NCBI GenBank assembly: GCA_910586385.1
Contig: CAJUGX010000001.1
Span: 144,702 to 208,701 of the forward strand
Length of the DNA: 64,000 nucleotides
Origin: an uncultured Christensenella sp.
Lineage (GTDB): Bacteria; Bacillota; Clostridia; Christensenellales; UBA1242
Reading direction: 5' to 3'
Every line of letters starts with the position of its first letter. The first letter of the stretch is position 1. A program made the translations under genes and the position numbers. The notes below the pieces were generated by a model that saw nothing but the letters and a program-made list of their open reading frames with translations, searched no databases and was not told where the DNA came from. Below are positions 46,301 through 55,559 of the stretch, one piece after another.

Positions 46301-49300
46301 CCAACAAAAGCATCTCCTGTGTTAATCTTGTAGAAGGTGTTTTCCGCTCCATTTGTTTCTGATTTGAAAGTTACAATAGCACCACTTTCATTCATAACAT
46401 TTGCAGAATTTGGATTATACAATCCCAAAATTTTATTGTCTGGATCATCCGCTGTATAAGATGTTGGTTTTGTAGAAATGCCCTCAACTTTCCAGCCAAT
46501 CTCTGAGCCAAGCTTGATGTAGTTTGTACCATCAAGTTTGATTGATTTTCCATCATAGTATTCAACAATGATTCTGCTTGTAAGATTTGGAGAAACAGTG
46601 AAGAGTTCGCTGTCATCTAAAATCTTGCTTCCACTGTCGTTGTTTTGAGCCCCTTCAAGAGTTCTGAATGTTGCTGTATAATCGAAATCTGCATAACTCT
46701 TTCCAAGATCAATGTTGATTGCAACACCTCGGTTTGAAACTGTGATTGGGACAATCTTTGTTTCTGCAACGTTTGTTCTGTTTGTCAATCTTACAAAATA
46801 GTTTGCACCAGAAACAGCCGAAGACTTGAAGATAAAGTTGAGAAGTCTGCTTTCAGCAAAGAGAGTCAACTCTTCACTCTTTGCCAAGTCTTCCGCAAAA
46901 ACCGTTTCTCTGTTGAGGTTGTAATTTGGTGTATTTGTAGACACTCTTATGATTGAATCATTGATAACGGTCACAGTATATTGTGTCAAGACTTTGTTAA
47001 CTTTGACATCAAAGGTAACTGTCCCTCTAGCACCAGTGTTGAGAATTGTAAACCTGAGGTTGATTCTTCCGTCTTCTGAATCTTGCAAAATCACCTTGTC
47101 GGTTGTTTCACTTGTGATTGATTTCACATCCGCACCATCAAGTTCGCCTTCGCTGAAATCAACTCTAAGATTTGAAATGTTTGAAATTGAGATATCCCAA
47201 TGCTTTTTGATGTCTGTTGTTGTTTCAACATAATCGTCTTTTCCAACTCTGCGAGCACTTGAAACCTCAATTCTCTTCTTGTATCCATCTTCTGTCTTCA
47301 TTGCAAAGGTTGCAGAAGTATTGAAGAAATTGTTGTAGTCTTTTGAAACTCTTTGGCTTTCTGTTCCGTTTGCTGTTGTTGCAGAAATATATTCTGTTGT
47401 TGAAGAATTGTTTTCTCCCTCTGGAGTTGTTTCAATTCCATCAGGGGTTGGATAATTTGCTTTCACGATAACATTCTTTGCAACAGAGTATCTATAAGAA
47501 ACGACAAATCTTGAAATCTCTTTGCCCTTGAATCTTCCTATAACATTCAATGACTTGACAAGTCCTTGTTCTTCTTCTCCAACATTCTCTGGAGTGATTT
47601 GTACTTTTACTGCCTTTCCGGTTTCTGTAGCATCAACCAATTCGTATCCATCACCAGCCACAAACTTGTATGTTGTGTTTGTTGTTGAAGCAAGTCCAAC
47701 TGTTGTTGGTTTTGCGTTTTCTACAACATCACTTGGTGTAATCGTAGAAACAGCATCCCCCTCTTCAATCAATGCTTCAAATGAGATTTGTCCGTATCTC
47801 CAATTGAGATCCTGAACAGTCCTGTTTTCTTTTTCATTGAAAGTTGCTGTCACAGTAAGTGGGAGTGCAAATGTATAAACCGACTCTTCATCGGCATAAA
47901 GCGCAGCTCCTTCAGAATCGCTTGCCTTTTGAGTAGATCTGATGACAACATCAAAGTCAAGGTCAATATCTTCTACGAGTGGAGCGATTTCAAGTTTAAG
48001 CCCATCAAAGTTGAGATTTCCTTCATCGTTTTGAGTCACGCTTCCTGTCAATTCAAGCACATCTGAAATCTTCAAAGAAACGCATTCATAATAAGTTTTC
48101 TTGGCATCAAAACCTTGATCCTGTTCAAATTCAACCTTCTTATACTCGCCACCTTCCAAGACAAAGTATTCCTCACCAACAACTCTTTCTTTGTCGTCTG
48201 TGATGTAATAATATTCTCTATAGTTATCTGAAGCATTGTTGAGTCTCAATGAGACTTCAACAATTTCACGATTTGGATCTTTTGAAGCAAGATTTGCAAT
48301 CAAATCACCAAATGTGTAAATCTTTCCACTTTCAACTGATGTTTGTGGATCATCCCATGCAAAGTAACTTTCAACATCCAAAGAAACCTTGACAACAACA
48401 CCTTCTTTTGTGTAAACACCAAGTTCGAAACTGCTGTCTTTTGAAATATTTTCTTTTGGATTCAAAATAATTGTCTTGTATGGAACTTTTTCTTTCTCAA
48501 AATAAGTAACTCCATCTTCAAATGTTGCGCCACTTGCAAAAGTTGCTTCAACATATTTGCCATCTACAAATGTATAATATTTCTTGTTTCTGTTGACAGT
48601 TTTGTCTGTCGTCTTCTTATATTCAAGCTTTCCTTCTGCCAAGAACTCTACAATAAGATCTTCAAGTTTTACTCCGCAAGTGATGTAGCCCTCAGCCCCG
48701 TTGATTGCGCTTGCGCTGATATCTCCCCAGAGATATCCATCTTCTTTGTACTCAAGTTCTTTCAACTCTGTGCCATTGTAAACAACGAACGTCTTTCGAT
48801 TTCCAGCTTCTTCACGGATTTCAACATCAGCATAAGTCCATTCTGCTTTATCCACAAGCACTGCATCGTGGTCAAGAATTATGCTGTCTGTTGCAGAGGT
48901 TTTGATTTCTGTGCCTGCTGCAAGCCAAACTTTCTTAAATTTCAAAGCATCCAAGAGGTCAAGTTTGTTTCCTTTGAGTGAAGCACCAAAATCTTCCATC
49001 TCACCATAAACTCCACCATCATTTGTTCTGATGTTTGGAATAAAGACTTGCTCGCCACTTCCAGCGACAATTGATTCAGAATAGTTGCCATTTTCATCTG
49101 CAACAAGACTATTTGAAACTTCGTCACGATAGATTTCAATTGAGTATTGTCTTGTTTGGTTGAGCTTGAATGTATATTCCATCGCAGAACCTACAATCTC
49201 AACACCATTCACTTTCCAGCATTTTTCAATAACAACTGTTTGAGCAGAACCAACATAACTTTCATTGGCGTAAGCAATGTTGATCGTTGCGCCATCATAA

Positions 49301-52300
49301 GAAATTGTGACTGCATTTGAAGAAACATATTTTGTCCTATACTCTTCTGTGATTATTCCCTCAGGTTTGGTCATCCACTTGATTTCATCAAAACGAGTCC
49401 CATTATTTCTGCTGCTGTTTGACGAACTGAATCTCTCACCCAAATCAATTGAGTATGTCAAGTTGTCACGATTGTAGTACTCAGATTTTGTATCAAGATA
49501 TTCACCAAAGATTTCATCTGTGGTTTCATTGTAAGGATAGTTCACCTTTCCAATCTCAAAGTTTGGCAAAACTTTGATGCGATAATACCAACTGTAAGTT
49601 TCTACATTTGCACCAGTTGTTTTGATGTTGATTCTCAAAACAATGTATCCAGAAAGATCGCTCTCCATACTGTTGATTGTGAGCACCCCACCTTCGTATG
49701 TTGCAAGATTGCTGATGTATCCGTTTACGCCAGTCTCAACAATTTCAGCAGAAACTTCTTTCTTTCCGCCGCCATTGGCCGAGATAAGCACACTGTTGTA
49801 ATAGAAGCCTTGTTCTGGAGCATTCTTTTCGAAGTATGTTGAAAGTTGCTCCGCTGTTGGAGTCTCAACCGCAACATAAGAATCTGCAAGTTTTTGATAA
49901 TAGGTCTTGTTTGCATCAAGTACTTCGTCTTTTGTCAAAGAGTAGTCTGTGCTGATGTCATGCAAAATCTTGTAGCTCTTTCCTGCACCAAGGCTTTCAT
50001 AAATATTGTTTTCTTCAAGATCAGCAAAATCTGAAGAAATCAATTTGTCAAAATCCACATCGCCAAATGTGTTAAATTTTCCGTCTTCGTTTGTGTAATA
50101 AACAAATTCTTCCCCAACATTTGAAACTGTCACGCCCAATGTCAAATCAATTCTAAGAGAGTTGTTTCCATCGGTTACATCTGAGTATACGCTTACCGTG
50201 TTGTCACTGTTTACAAAAGTTGGAACTCTTGTGTTGAGTGCTTTTCCCTTTGAATCTTCTTTAACATAACTTCCGGTTGAGCCCGCAATGCTGAAAGTTG
50301 GATCGATTTGATATTCCTTGCCAGCAAGCATAAGCAAACGAAGTTCTCCATTGTAAGAGATTGATGATGCACCAGGGAAAATGTTTTCAATAAGATCATC
50401 AATTCCTGCTGAGTTGTAGCAAACAGCAAATCCAATTGCAACATGGTTTGTGCTGTTGTATTTGATGATTTCTTTGTTGTTTTCTGCGTCAACCCTCACC
50501 TTAACTGCGTCAAGTACTGCGTCATCAGAAGCATAAACTGAAAACTCTTGCGTGTAAGAATTCAAGATATCAATTGTCTTTCCTGCAACAAATGCAAACT
50601 TTCCAGCATTTGCAGCATTTGTACTTCCGTTTTGAATTGAAATAAATCCATCTTGATCTTTGTTTACGTATGTCAATGTCTTGATGTCAAGATTTGACGT
50701 TCCACTTCCAAGAGAAACAGGCACTTCCAAACCACTGTCAATATATGATGTGGCCTTGTAAATTCCATAATAATATGAGATATTTTCAGTCGATATGTTT
50801 GTCAAATCCAAACGTGGGTATTCCTTGAGGTTGTCCACTTTTTCAACGATGACAATGTTTGGATTTACATAAAGTGCAATCTGAACATTGAATGCGTATG
50901 TTGATCTTACGCCGTAATAGAGTGTGATTTCAATTGGAGTATATTGTCTTACACTTGCAATCTGGAGTCTAACTTTTCCAGACACAACAGTGTCAAGACT
51001 TGCAATGCCACTGTTTTCATAGAAGACTCCATTGATGTTTGAGCTCAAGTCGACACCCTTTCCAATAAAGGCATCTGCCCAAGAGTATTTGTCAGAATTG
51101 AATGACAAATATTCATCCAAATCATAAATCTCATCTGCAAAGACGCTGACTGGTCCACCAGTTGTTGTGGTCAAATAGTCAGCATATTTTGTTTGATACC
51201 TTTCAAATGATCTGCTGATTTGGATATCAGAAGAAAGCACCAAATCCAAAGACGCACTGTACAAGTTGTTGTTGCTGTTGATTTTGAATTGAAGTGTAAC
51301 TTTGTCATCAAATGGAGCATTGATTTTGAGTGTAGTGATAGAGAGATTGTTGTATTCAGTGATGTTTTCGTGCGATGAAGAACTATCCTCTCCGTTGATT
51401 TGAAACATCTTTTTGAGTGCCGCATCGTTGTTTCCACCTTGGAAACCTTGAAGCCATGTGCCATCAAAGACAATTGTATAATCTGTGTTTGCAGCAGTAG
51501 AATTTGTTGTATAAATTCTAAACAAATCACTGAGCGAAATCGTGTCATTTGATTTAACAGATTTTGAAACAGTCACTTTTGAGACGCCCTTTTCTGCATC
51601 AGCAAATCTGCCGTCATCAGCATTTCCAACAATGTCTGTTTTGTCAAAACTGATATAATCCAAACCTTCCGTGCTCACCTCAAAGGTTATGAGGTCAGAT
51701 TGAAGTTCGGTTGAAGAGAATGTGCCATCAGCATTTACTTCGAAAACTCTGTTGTTGTCATTCTTTCTGTCAACAACATAAACTTGAAGCCCTGTTGAAA
51801 CAACAGTTCCGTTTGTTGAAGAGAAGTCTGAGATGCTTGTAGGAAGCCCTGTTGTCTCATCAAAAACCAAAACTGTGTTTGAATCTTTTCTGATTTCTTG
51901 GAAGTATACACTATAGACCCCATTGTCTGGATTGATTTCAAAACCGAATTGGTCATACATTGTGAAAGTCAAAAGTGAGTTGAGTTGTGAAATTGTGTCA
52001 GCATAACTTGCACCAGTAAGAGGTACATTTCCCCAGTTGATTTTGAGACCAGCTGAGCCAGCGGAGATTTCAACAGAAATGCTGTTTGAAACCGAAATGT
52101 CACTTCTTGAAGAATAGTTTGCTCTGATTTCTTTTGGTTGTTGGAAATAGATGTAGAAGGCATCACCAATTTTGTCAGTTGGAGCCTTAGGCGTATCCAT
52201 GCCAACAGCCTTTTCTCTTGTTTCCTTTCCGTCATTGTAAACAATCTTGAGAGTGATCAATCTTCCTTGATCAACAGCGTTCTTTCCTGCTGAGAAAAGT

Positions 52301-54564
52301 TCCTCGTTGATTGTAATTGTCCCCTCAAATTCAGCAAGGTTTGCAGTCCTCTTGTCAACAAGTTCTCCAAAGTTTGAAAGTGACAAATATTGATCTTTGT
52401 ATTCATTTCCGTCTTTGTCACAAACCGCAAGCCTAAGAGATTTGTTTTTGTAAGCAGTTTCAAGCTTCTCAACATCTTTTGCAATGTCTTCGCTTGAGAG
52501 TTTCAAGTTGAAAGTGATTATGTTTTTGTTTTGATTGATTGCTGGAAGATAGTATTGATTGTTGTATTTCTCAACCTTGTCAGCAAATGTGAAGACTGGT
52601 GTCATGTTTGAGATTGAAAGTGTGCTGTCCACACTGACAACCTTGGCATTGCTGAAGCAAACAATTTGGTATCTTGTCTTAGCCTCGTCTTGATATTGAA
52701 TGTTTCCATTGGCATCAGTTCTTACCAAAGCAGCGACCACAACAACTGATCCAGAATAACTCTTCTTCGCCGTGAGTATGTTGCTTGCTGGCAACTCATA
52801 GAACATATACTCTGACTTGAATTGGATTCCGTTGATATTGATATCTTTGCCTTTGTAGTCTGTTTTATATTCAACACCAGCGCTGCAATCAAAGACATTT
52901 TCAATTTCAACACTTCCGCCATCTCTTGTGTTGTCGTAAAGGAAATATACAACCTTTGTGTAAACACTATCACCAATGTCTGCTGTGAGCAAAAGGTCGT
53001 CAGCGATAGGTTTGCCAGCATCGTCATAATTGATGACAAGATCAAGACTGTCTGTTGTCAAAGAAACAGAGTTGTTTCCTTCTTTGACAATTACATCAAA
53101 GGATTTCTCGCTTGCGCTGTCAAAGAATGTTGTCCACACTCCTTCTTGATTCTTGAAGAAGAAGTTTACTCCAAGAGAAAACTTTTTGCTTGTTACAGTG
53201 TCAGAAGCAAGGCTCCAATAATAATTTCCATAATCGCCAGTGGATCTTGTGCTTGGCAAAATGTAATACTCAACATTTGCAGCAGCCTTTGAATAATCAA
53301 CTGTTGGATCAAAAGCCTCTTCTTCGATTGTTACTTTGTCCCCAACTGTTGTGACTTTCATCACTCTTCCACCAACAATAGAGAAGTTTGTTTGATTCTT
53401 TGGTACTTTGACACCAACTCTTCCAAGCAAAACTGGCACTTCATGTTTTCCACTGTCAAATATGGAGATACCCAAACTCATATCATTTGGTTTATCTGCA
53501 TTGTTTGCTGAAAGTGTGAAATATTTATCAACATAGATTTCGCCAAGACTATCTTCAGGGTTCCACTTTTCACCACTTGGCTCAACCAAAACTTTATCCA
53601 CTTCAATGTCCAAAACTTTGATGAATGTCCTTGTAGATTTAACCATATACGCGTTGTCTTCATCTTGCATAAAAGCAACAATTTCGTCTGTTGTGGCATC
53701 TGGATGATCGTCAAAATAGACTTTTTCGAAATAAGAATTTGCAAATGTATAAGCGTAAACGGTTGAATATTTGTCATCGCTTACAACATCAGCAGAGAAA
53801 GTGTAACTTCCATCTGCATTTTGTGTAGCAGAGATAAAGTTTGTCCCACTGTTTCCAAAAATTGTATAATAAACTTTTTTGCTTGAGTTTTTGTTGTTAA
53901 ACAAATATTTGCTGTTTGTTGGGTTGAAGATTGCATCGATTTGGAACCTTGATCCAACAACAACATTTTGCACTTCGTCTGCATGAGCAACTTCCGCATT
54001 GCCTACAGCAAGAGAAATTGATGAAACTGGAGTGTCAACTGCGACATAGGCATGCTTTCTTGGCAAAATGATGTTTTGAGATTCTGCAGTTATGTAAGAA
54101 TATATTCTGTTTCCACTTGCATCCTCTCTGGTGCTTCCAATGATTTGCCCACCAACTCTTGCAAGTTCGACTTTGAAAGCTTTGTTAAGTTCGACTTCTG
54201 ATGGGATTATGATGACTCCATCTGTTATGTAATCAGGATTTCCATCAACGCTTCTCCCATTTCTGAGAGTAAGTTTAACCTTTGTTTCGGTGACATTCTC
54301 TGTTGTACAAGAAATTGTGACATTTGAGTCGTCAGAAAGGAAATACCAGGTGTTGTCTCCAACATTGTCGGCATACCCCTGACCGTCCACAATGTGTGTA
54401 AACGCCATATCTTCTGGCTCAATATGATCTTCATCGAATTTCCCTGTAAGGAACAACACCAAAGCAGTCGCACCAGCAATGCCGATGAGAGCCACAAAGA
54501 CCAATATCAAAACTTTCCAGAGAGCCATAGGTCCTCTTTTCTTAAAACCTTTGAAACCTTTCAT
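40345..54564 (-). CDS. Giant (4,739 aa) N-terminally membrane-anchored surface protein, unknown family
   Basis: Single uninterrupted 14.2-kb ORF. SD GAGGA lies 7 nt before the ATG. N-terminal KGFKGFKKRG plus a TM segment. Thr/Ser/Asn/Tyr/Val-rich with few Cys. No C-terminal sorting motif seen. Confidence 0.85.
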   Translation of the reverse strand: MKGFKGFKKRGPMALWKVLILVFVALIGIAGATALVLFLTGKFDEDHIEPEDMAFTHIVDGQGYADNVGDNTWYFLSDDSNVTISCTTENVTETKVKLTLRNGRSVDGNPDYITDGVIIIPSEVELNKAFKVELARVGGQIIGSTREDASGNRIYSYITAESQNIILPRKHAYVAVDTPVSSISLAVGNAEVAHADEVQNVVVGSRFQIDAIFNPTNSKYLFNNKNSSKKVYYTIFGNSGTNFISATQNADGSYTFSADVVSDDKYSTVYAYTFANSYFEKVYFDDHPDATTDEIVAFMQDEDNAYMVKSTRTFIKVLDIEVDKVLVEPSGEKWNPEDSLGEIYVDKYFTLSANNADKPNDMSLGISIFDSGKHEVPVLLGRVGVKVPKNQTNFSIVGGRVMKVTTVGDKVTIEEEAFDPTVDYSKAAANVEYYILPSTRSTGDYGNYYWSLASDTVTSKKFSLGVNFFFKNQEGVWTTFFDSASEKSFDVIVKEGNNSVSLTTDSLDLVINYDDAGKPIADDLLLTADIGDSVYTKVVYFLYDNTRDGGSVEIENVFDCSAGVEYKTDYKGKDININGIQFKSEYMFYELPASNILTAKKSYSGSVVVVAALVRTDANGNIQYQDEAKTRYQIVCFSNAKVVSVDSTLSISNMTPVFTFADKVEKYNNQYYLPAINQNKNIITFNLKLSSEDIAKDVEKLETAYKNKSLRLAVCDKDGNEYKDQYLSLSNFGELVDKRTANLAEFEGTITINEELFSAGKNAVDQGRLITLKIVYNDGKETREKAVGMDTPKAPTDKIGDAFYIYFQQPKEIRANYSSRSDISVSNSISVEISAGSAGLKINWGNVPLTGASYADTISQLNSLLTFTMYDQFGFEINPDNGVYSVYFQEIRKDSNTVLVFDETTGLPTSISDFSSTNGTVVSTGLQVYVVDRKNDNNRVFEVNADGTFSSTELQSDLITFEVSTEGLDYISFDKTDIVGNADDGRFADAEKGVSKVTVSKSVKSNDTISLSDLFRIYTTNSTAANTDYTIVFDGTWLQGFQGGNNDAALKKMFQINGEDSSSSHENITEYNNLSITTLKINAPFDDKVTLQFKINSNNNLYSASLDLVLSSDIQISRSFERYQTKYADYLTTTTGGPVSVFADEIYDLDEYLSFNSDKYSWADAFIGKGVDLSSNINGVFYENSGIASLDTVVSGKVRLQIASVRQYTPIEITLYYGVRSTYAFNVQIALYVNPNIVIVEKVDNLKEYPRLDLTNISTENISYYYGIYKATSYIDSGLEVPVSLGSGTSNLDIKTLTYVNKDQDGFISIQNGSTNAANAGKFAFVAGKTIDILNSYTQEFSVYASDDAVLDAVKVRVDAENNKEIIKYNSTNHVAIGFAVCYNSAGIDDLIENIFPGASSISYNGELRLLMLAGKEYQIDPTFSIAGSTGSYVKEDSKGKALNTRVPTFVNSDNTVSVYSDVTDGNNSLRIDLTLGVTVSNVGEEFVYYTNEDGKFNTFGDVDFDKLISSDFADLEENNIYESLGAGKSYKILHDISTDYSLTKDEVLDANKTYYQKLADSYVAVETPTAEQLSTYFEKNAPEQGFYYNSVLISANGGGKKEVSAEIVETGVNGYISNLATYEGGVLTINSMESDLSGYIVLRINIKTTGANVETYSWYYRIKVLPNFEIGKVNYPYNETTDEIFGEYLDTKSEYYNRDNLTYSIDLGERFSSSNSSRNNGTRFDEIKWMTKPEGIITEEYRTKYVSSNAVTISYDGATINIAYANESYVGSAQTVVIEKCWKVNGVEIVGSAMEYTFKLNQTRQYSIEIYRDEVSNSLVADENGNYSESIVAGSGEQVFIPNIRTNDGGVYGEMEDFGASLKGNKLDLLDALKFKKVWLAAGTEIKTSATDSIILDHDAVLVDKAEWTYADVEIREEAGNRKTFVVYNGTELKELEYKEDGYLWGDISASAINGAEGYITCGVKLEDLIVEFLAEGKLEYKKTTDKTVNRNKKYYTFVDGKYVEATFASGATFEDGVTYFEKEKVPYKTIILNPKENISKDSSFELGVYTKEGVVVKVSLDVESYFAWDDPQTSVESGKIYTFGDLIANLASKDPNREIVEVSLRLNNASDNYREYYYITDDKERVVGEEYFVLEGGEYKKVEFEQDQGFDAKKTYYECVSLKISDVLELTGSVTQNDEGNLNFDGLKLEIAPLVEDIDLDFDVVIRSTQKASDSEGAALYADEESVYTFALPLTVTATFNEKENRTVQDLNWRYGQISFEALIEEGDAVSTITPSDVVENAKPTTVGLASTTNTTYKFVAGDGYELVDATETGKAVKVQITPENVGEEEQGLVKSLNVIGRFKGKEISRFVVSYRYSVAKNVIVKANYPTPDGIETTPEGENNSSTTEYISATTANGTESQRVSKDYNNFFNTSATFAMKTEDGYKKRIEVSSARRVGKDDYVETTTDIKKHWDISISNISNLRVDFSEGELDGADVKSITSETTDKVILQDSEDGRINLRFTILNTGARGTVTFDVKVNKVLTQYTVTVINDSIIRVSTNTPNYNLNRETVFAEDLAKSEELTLFAESRLLNFIFKSSAVSGANYFVRLTNRTNVAETKIVPITVSNRGVAINIDLGKSYADFDYTATFRTLEGAQNNDSGSKILDDSELFTVSPNLTSRIIVEYYDGKSIKLDGTNYIKLGSEIGWKVEGISTKPTSYTADDPDNKILGLYNPNSANVMNESGAIVTFKSETNGAENTFYKINTGDAFVGYFSGLKNIPNGKNASTKYSGVILLSKERSAITVGINTTNITGTETGEEISIAGETWYITTCDGRNFVEGTLEDVSELGKAIKLSGETWKDCVSDLVRQSFFGYKKSDDIRLTTADYHKTRNFSITLQVGNETIYTDWQYNLYLDIEFGVSQTADSSTTYSMREIDAGDELSLFDQVDFGIYNTRTGNKYSRSGRAGTDNLKDSAGIVTLQYYGFSDLPIINNGDELQKAAWEIHRNLMDTTGKDLSKDIIYSTGLKPRAGSFTLNGDAGSSAQNYITQSGLQRDMDGNDTGKNLDFSIYAHGANNDGNHVMMRITYTVTFGDSEEPISISHNLLFKVRPNANISFLVRQSSTARTSSADLLVNGKTYASNKESPFMITNNDSSETEDLGANKFYLWKKDVLNESAVVAYLYGNTTLNNANTFTYTYSFNSSTSEYNNFYQYSTPVQIMLSDEEDGKLVSLVALKLGTRKFYIDAVDSFGFNIRFYFTLTATENPQIARIVSNDGVLKEGQAVVVGAQFLPVAPPVVTAEVEAETEVRQLLGSFTYQKKGNGSGDTIADVLSNLPSGATKIVLSAQTTTGFGTVERSVTPSNGKINIWGKADEWAGSNGACPPVVQVENEHYNDTNFDDWQNRYKEIPLEQSGDYGLEGAEISVYAVFPNGKDFTTHTNIKYEEANGKNEATGNYEDKIIEQPYSTSSGYEEPSVQVGTEANLDKAKVILRGISAYGFKASGEDSIHSLNTDVAVDFKSRVNDIKVSKIEYFKNDVLIGVSKRGTSTPSGDVSLITSDDYKFYDGKSTTPVYEQATSYDASTTYYSRSDGGVYTVVSSSSVNNSNYGNYFVATDKTQPYVNGVGYQNKAFDFLVPVIDSIYFERNDSIGQVRMDITLIESSGGRTNTCVLSEYVTISRLASYDGFEGKTNIMDNTSVANPNIVGQKLYNDTLEVVLDPGESVQFAISDKPFTEVPTSDLVNPEPNTTDYTVTRYVGISANIKNLDYNYKSLHKTGDKFYITVVSQTTSDEIEFFYNGSKVQVAVVDGNTSTVPKYVYSTDSMIVKGKTYYERSSTGTYTAYTGDEFYKQATAPYTSGKTYYEYVEDTDLYVVTTNVDANQITKYFEQNDERFYHREKADLNSGKTYYTYSAETYSYEVVANPVKDTEYFVSTDRYELSYKRTSDRELDRSKTYYTVSETGVYTAVEAKDLTVNKIAQYYEQETSTLYAEQTISLYNSNITLHINDAQELSGKKSTTETLYFLYQGQNNNIEGVSGFTNTNMYYQMSKAFSVFPQYEKMLPVTATDVDAKGNIQFSVDGYLKASRSGVNDFYYIIPREVWGEKLKLAGYSEIANSLATFRSGSSYKYVFEINNDVEGGAGSAFIDESGNIITDKNFNLQYSTISVNVYMKVSGQNGFFDVDSTRLKLGSFRMFLNAQNESNKKNISIPEGRYGRLTTKGYASGVIAVPRGYDLSIYSDNTSNSLSTITNTPFGSARQTIACEAGDTLNFAELFEEEAQGKHNLVYHIVEDEIGGVSNIIHYNNLNTYKIEGEGTHTLTILVGYRTSKTSEMTYGVVKLDVMAYNVLNRKDNVIMLYASEYKKTTDESVVEGKDYFTLTEGGDYVKVESPVDEDLGKYYDIDGSTYELGSGPWYAFDEDGAVKLITNSTSNKAYYTAPVQTGIYNESFVSLDDGVTKVNSFTFYVVSRDDSEERNVVLNQNAPYNLANLFETSGYRFYKVNGNFTHGSDHTALSDAISEISTENFSIGANTTIDVHYIVRNSNGKYFQLTVHYKFTTSNSPTSATVFIKEGEKLTDAVSRQVEADLKDDKVTIQSIELIGRNGLLSSDLQIAGKDAEGKDTTDIRIDSKDYVITYTVEGSDKPRYVRYSVAFYVYKDTAELTVETQTTTSYRLIMAGGDILKKLNLPENAAVTFWQLNDSGKLDVATEISLATLNSENVEKTYIVVIEYNTDGEGETKVKHTDYYLIDLIFTLAKNA

Positions 54565-54769
54565 AACAAAATCCTCAAATTTTATTCATCAAACTCATGC
54601 AGTCACACCGCTTTGTTTGGGCATTGCCAATCAAAACTATTGTTTACATAATTCGACATTTTAATTATATAAATTTAGTCTTCTTTTTGCAAGCAAATGG
54701 CAAAGTTTTTTATATAAAATAAAATATATATAAATATAGAGCAAACTCGCACCAAAACCAGCGTTTAAG

Positions 54770-54798
54770 TTGACATCAAAAAAAATATAGTTTATAAT
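54770..54798 (+). promoter_or_regulatory. Consensus promoter TTGACA-17-TATAAT; predicts a leaderless mRNA
   Basis: The -10 element ends 6 nt before the ATG at 54805. No SD. Confidence 0.6.
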
Positions 54799-54804
54799 CT
54801 TGAT

Positions 54805-55551
54805 ATGAACACAAATTTTGAAATTTATAACTATCTAAATCTCGTCAATCGCCGTGTTGCAAAGGCATTTCGAAACACTGGAAGATGCCCTTTTATAGGA
54901 AACTTTCGCATCACCGATGAGGCAATCAAACAAAGGCTCTATCTCAATCAGATGCAGTCTAAAATCACTTACCCTCAATTTTTGTTTGAAAACAACAGAA
55001 ATGTGAAAAAGAGATTCAAAGCGTCAGTGAAGCAAGTCAAACAACTTCAAGCAATGCTCAAAAAACCAGAATTTGCAAACACAATGTCTGACAAATTCAG
55101 AGCAAAGTTCACTTTCTATCTCAACATCAGACTCTTTGTCACAAAAGCAATTTTGAAGGAATTTAAGAGATATTATTTCAACGAATGTGACGCTTATGAA
55201 GAAATTTGTGCCATTGACACAATCTTTTTTTCGCTCTTGGACGGCACTTTTGAGCCAGACTTTGACGTAAGACTCTATGTTGATGGGCTTGAAGAGAAAT
55301 ACAACATCTTCTATCAAGAGCATGTGAACCGTCTTGAAGAAAAGGTTTCTGAAAAAACGAAAAAGAAGAGAGCCTCTCAAAACAAGCTTCAACAACAAGC
55401 CATCAACCTCAACGAGAAAGTGAAGAAAGATGAAGCAAAAAAGATAAAAATGGGTATTCAAGCGGAAATCAAAAAGGGCAAAGTCAACAAAAACAAAGAG
55501 ATTCGCTCTTTCAAACAAGAAAAAGAACACAGAGAATACGGGAAAAAATAA
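54805..55551 (+). CDS. Basic hypothetical protein with Lys-rich C-terminus
   Basis: 248-aa ORF, divergent from the giant gene, 8 nt upstream of the ABC-F gene. Confidence 0.55.
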   Translation: MNTNFEIYNYLNLVNRRVAKAFRNTGRCPFIGNFRITDEAIKQRLYLNQMQSKITYPQFLFENNRNVKKRFKASVKQVKQLQAMLKKPEFANTMSDKFRAKFTFYLNIRLFVTKAILKEFKRYYFNECDAYEEICAIDTIFFSLLDGTFEPDFDVRLYVDGLEEKYNIFYQEHVNRLEEKVSEKTKKKRASQNKLQQQAINLNEKVKKDEAKKIKMGIQAEIKKGKVNKNKEIRSFKQEKEHREYGKK

Positions 55552-55559
55552 GGAGTATC

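Noticed and set aside
40531-54651. Dozens of 60-156-aa ORFs on both strands listed in the track within the giant gene
   Set aside because: All are nested in, or antisense to, one uninterrupted 14.2-kb ORF with coherent composition. None has an SD, so they are treated as shadow ORFs.
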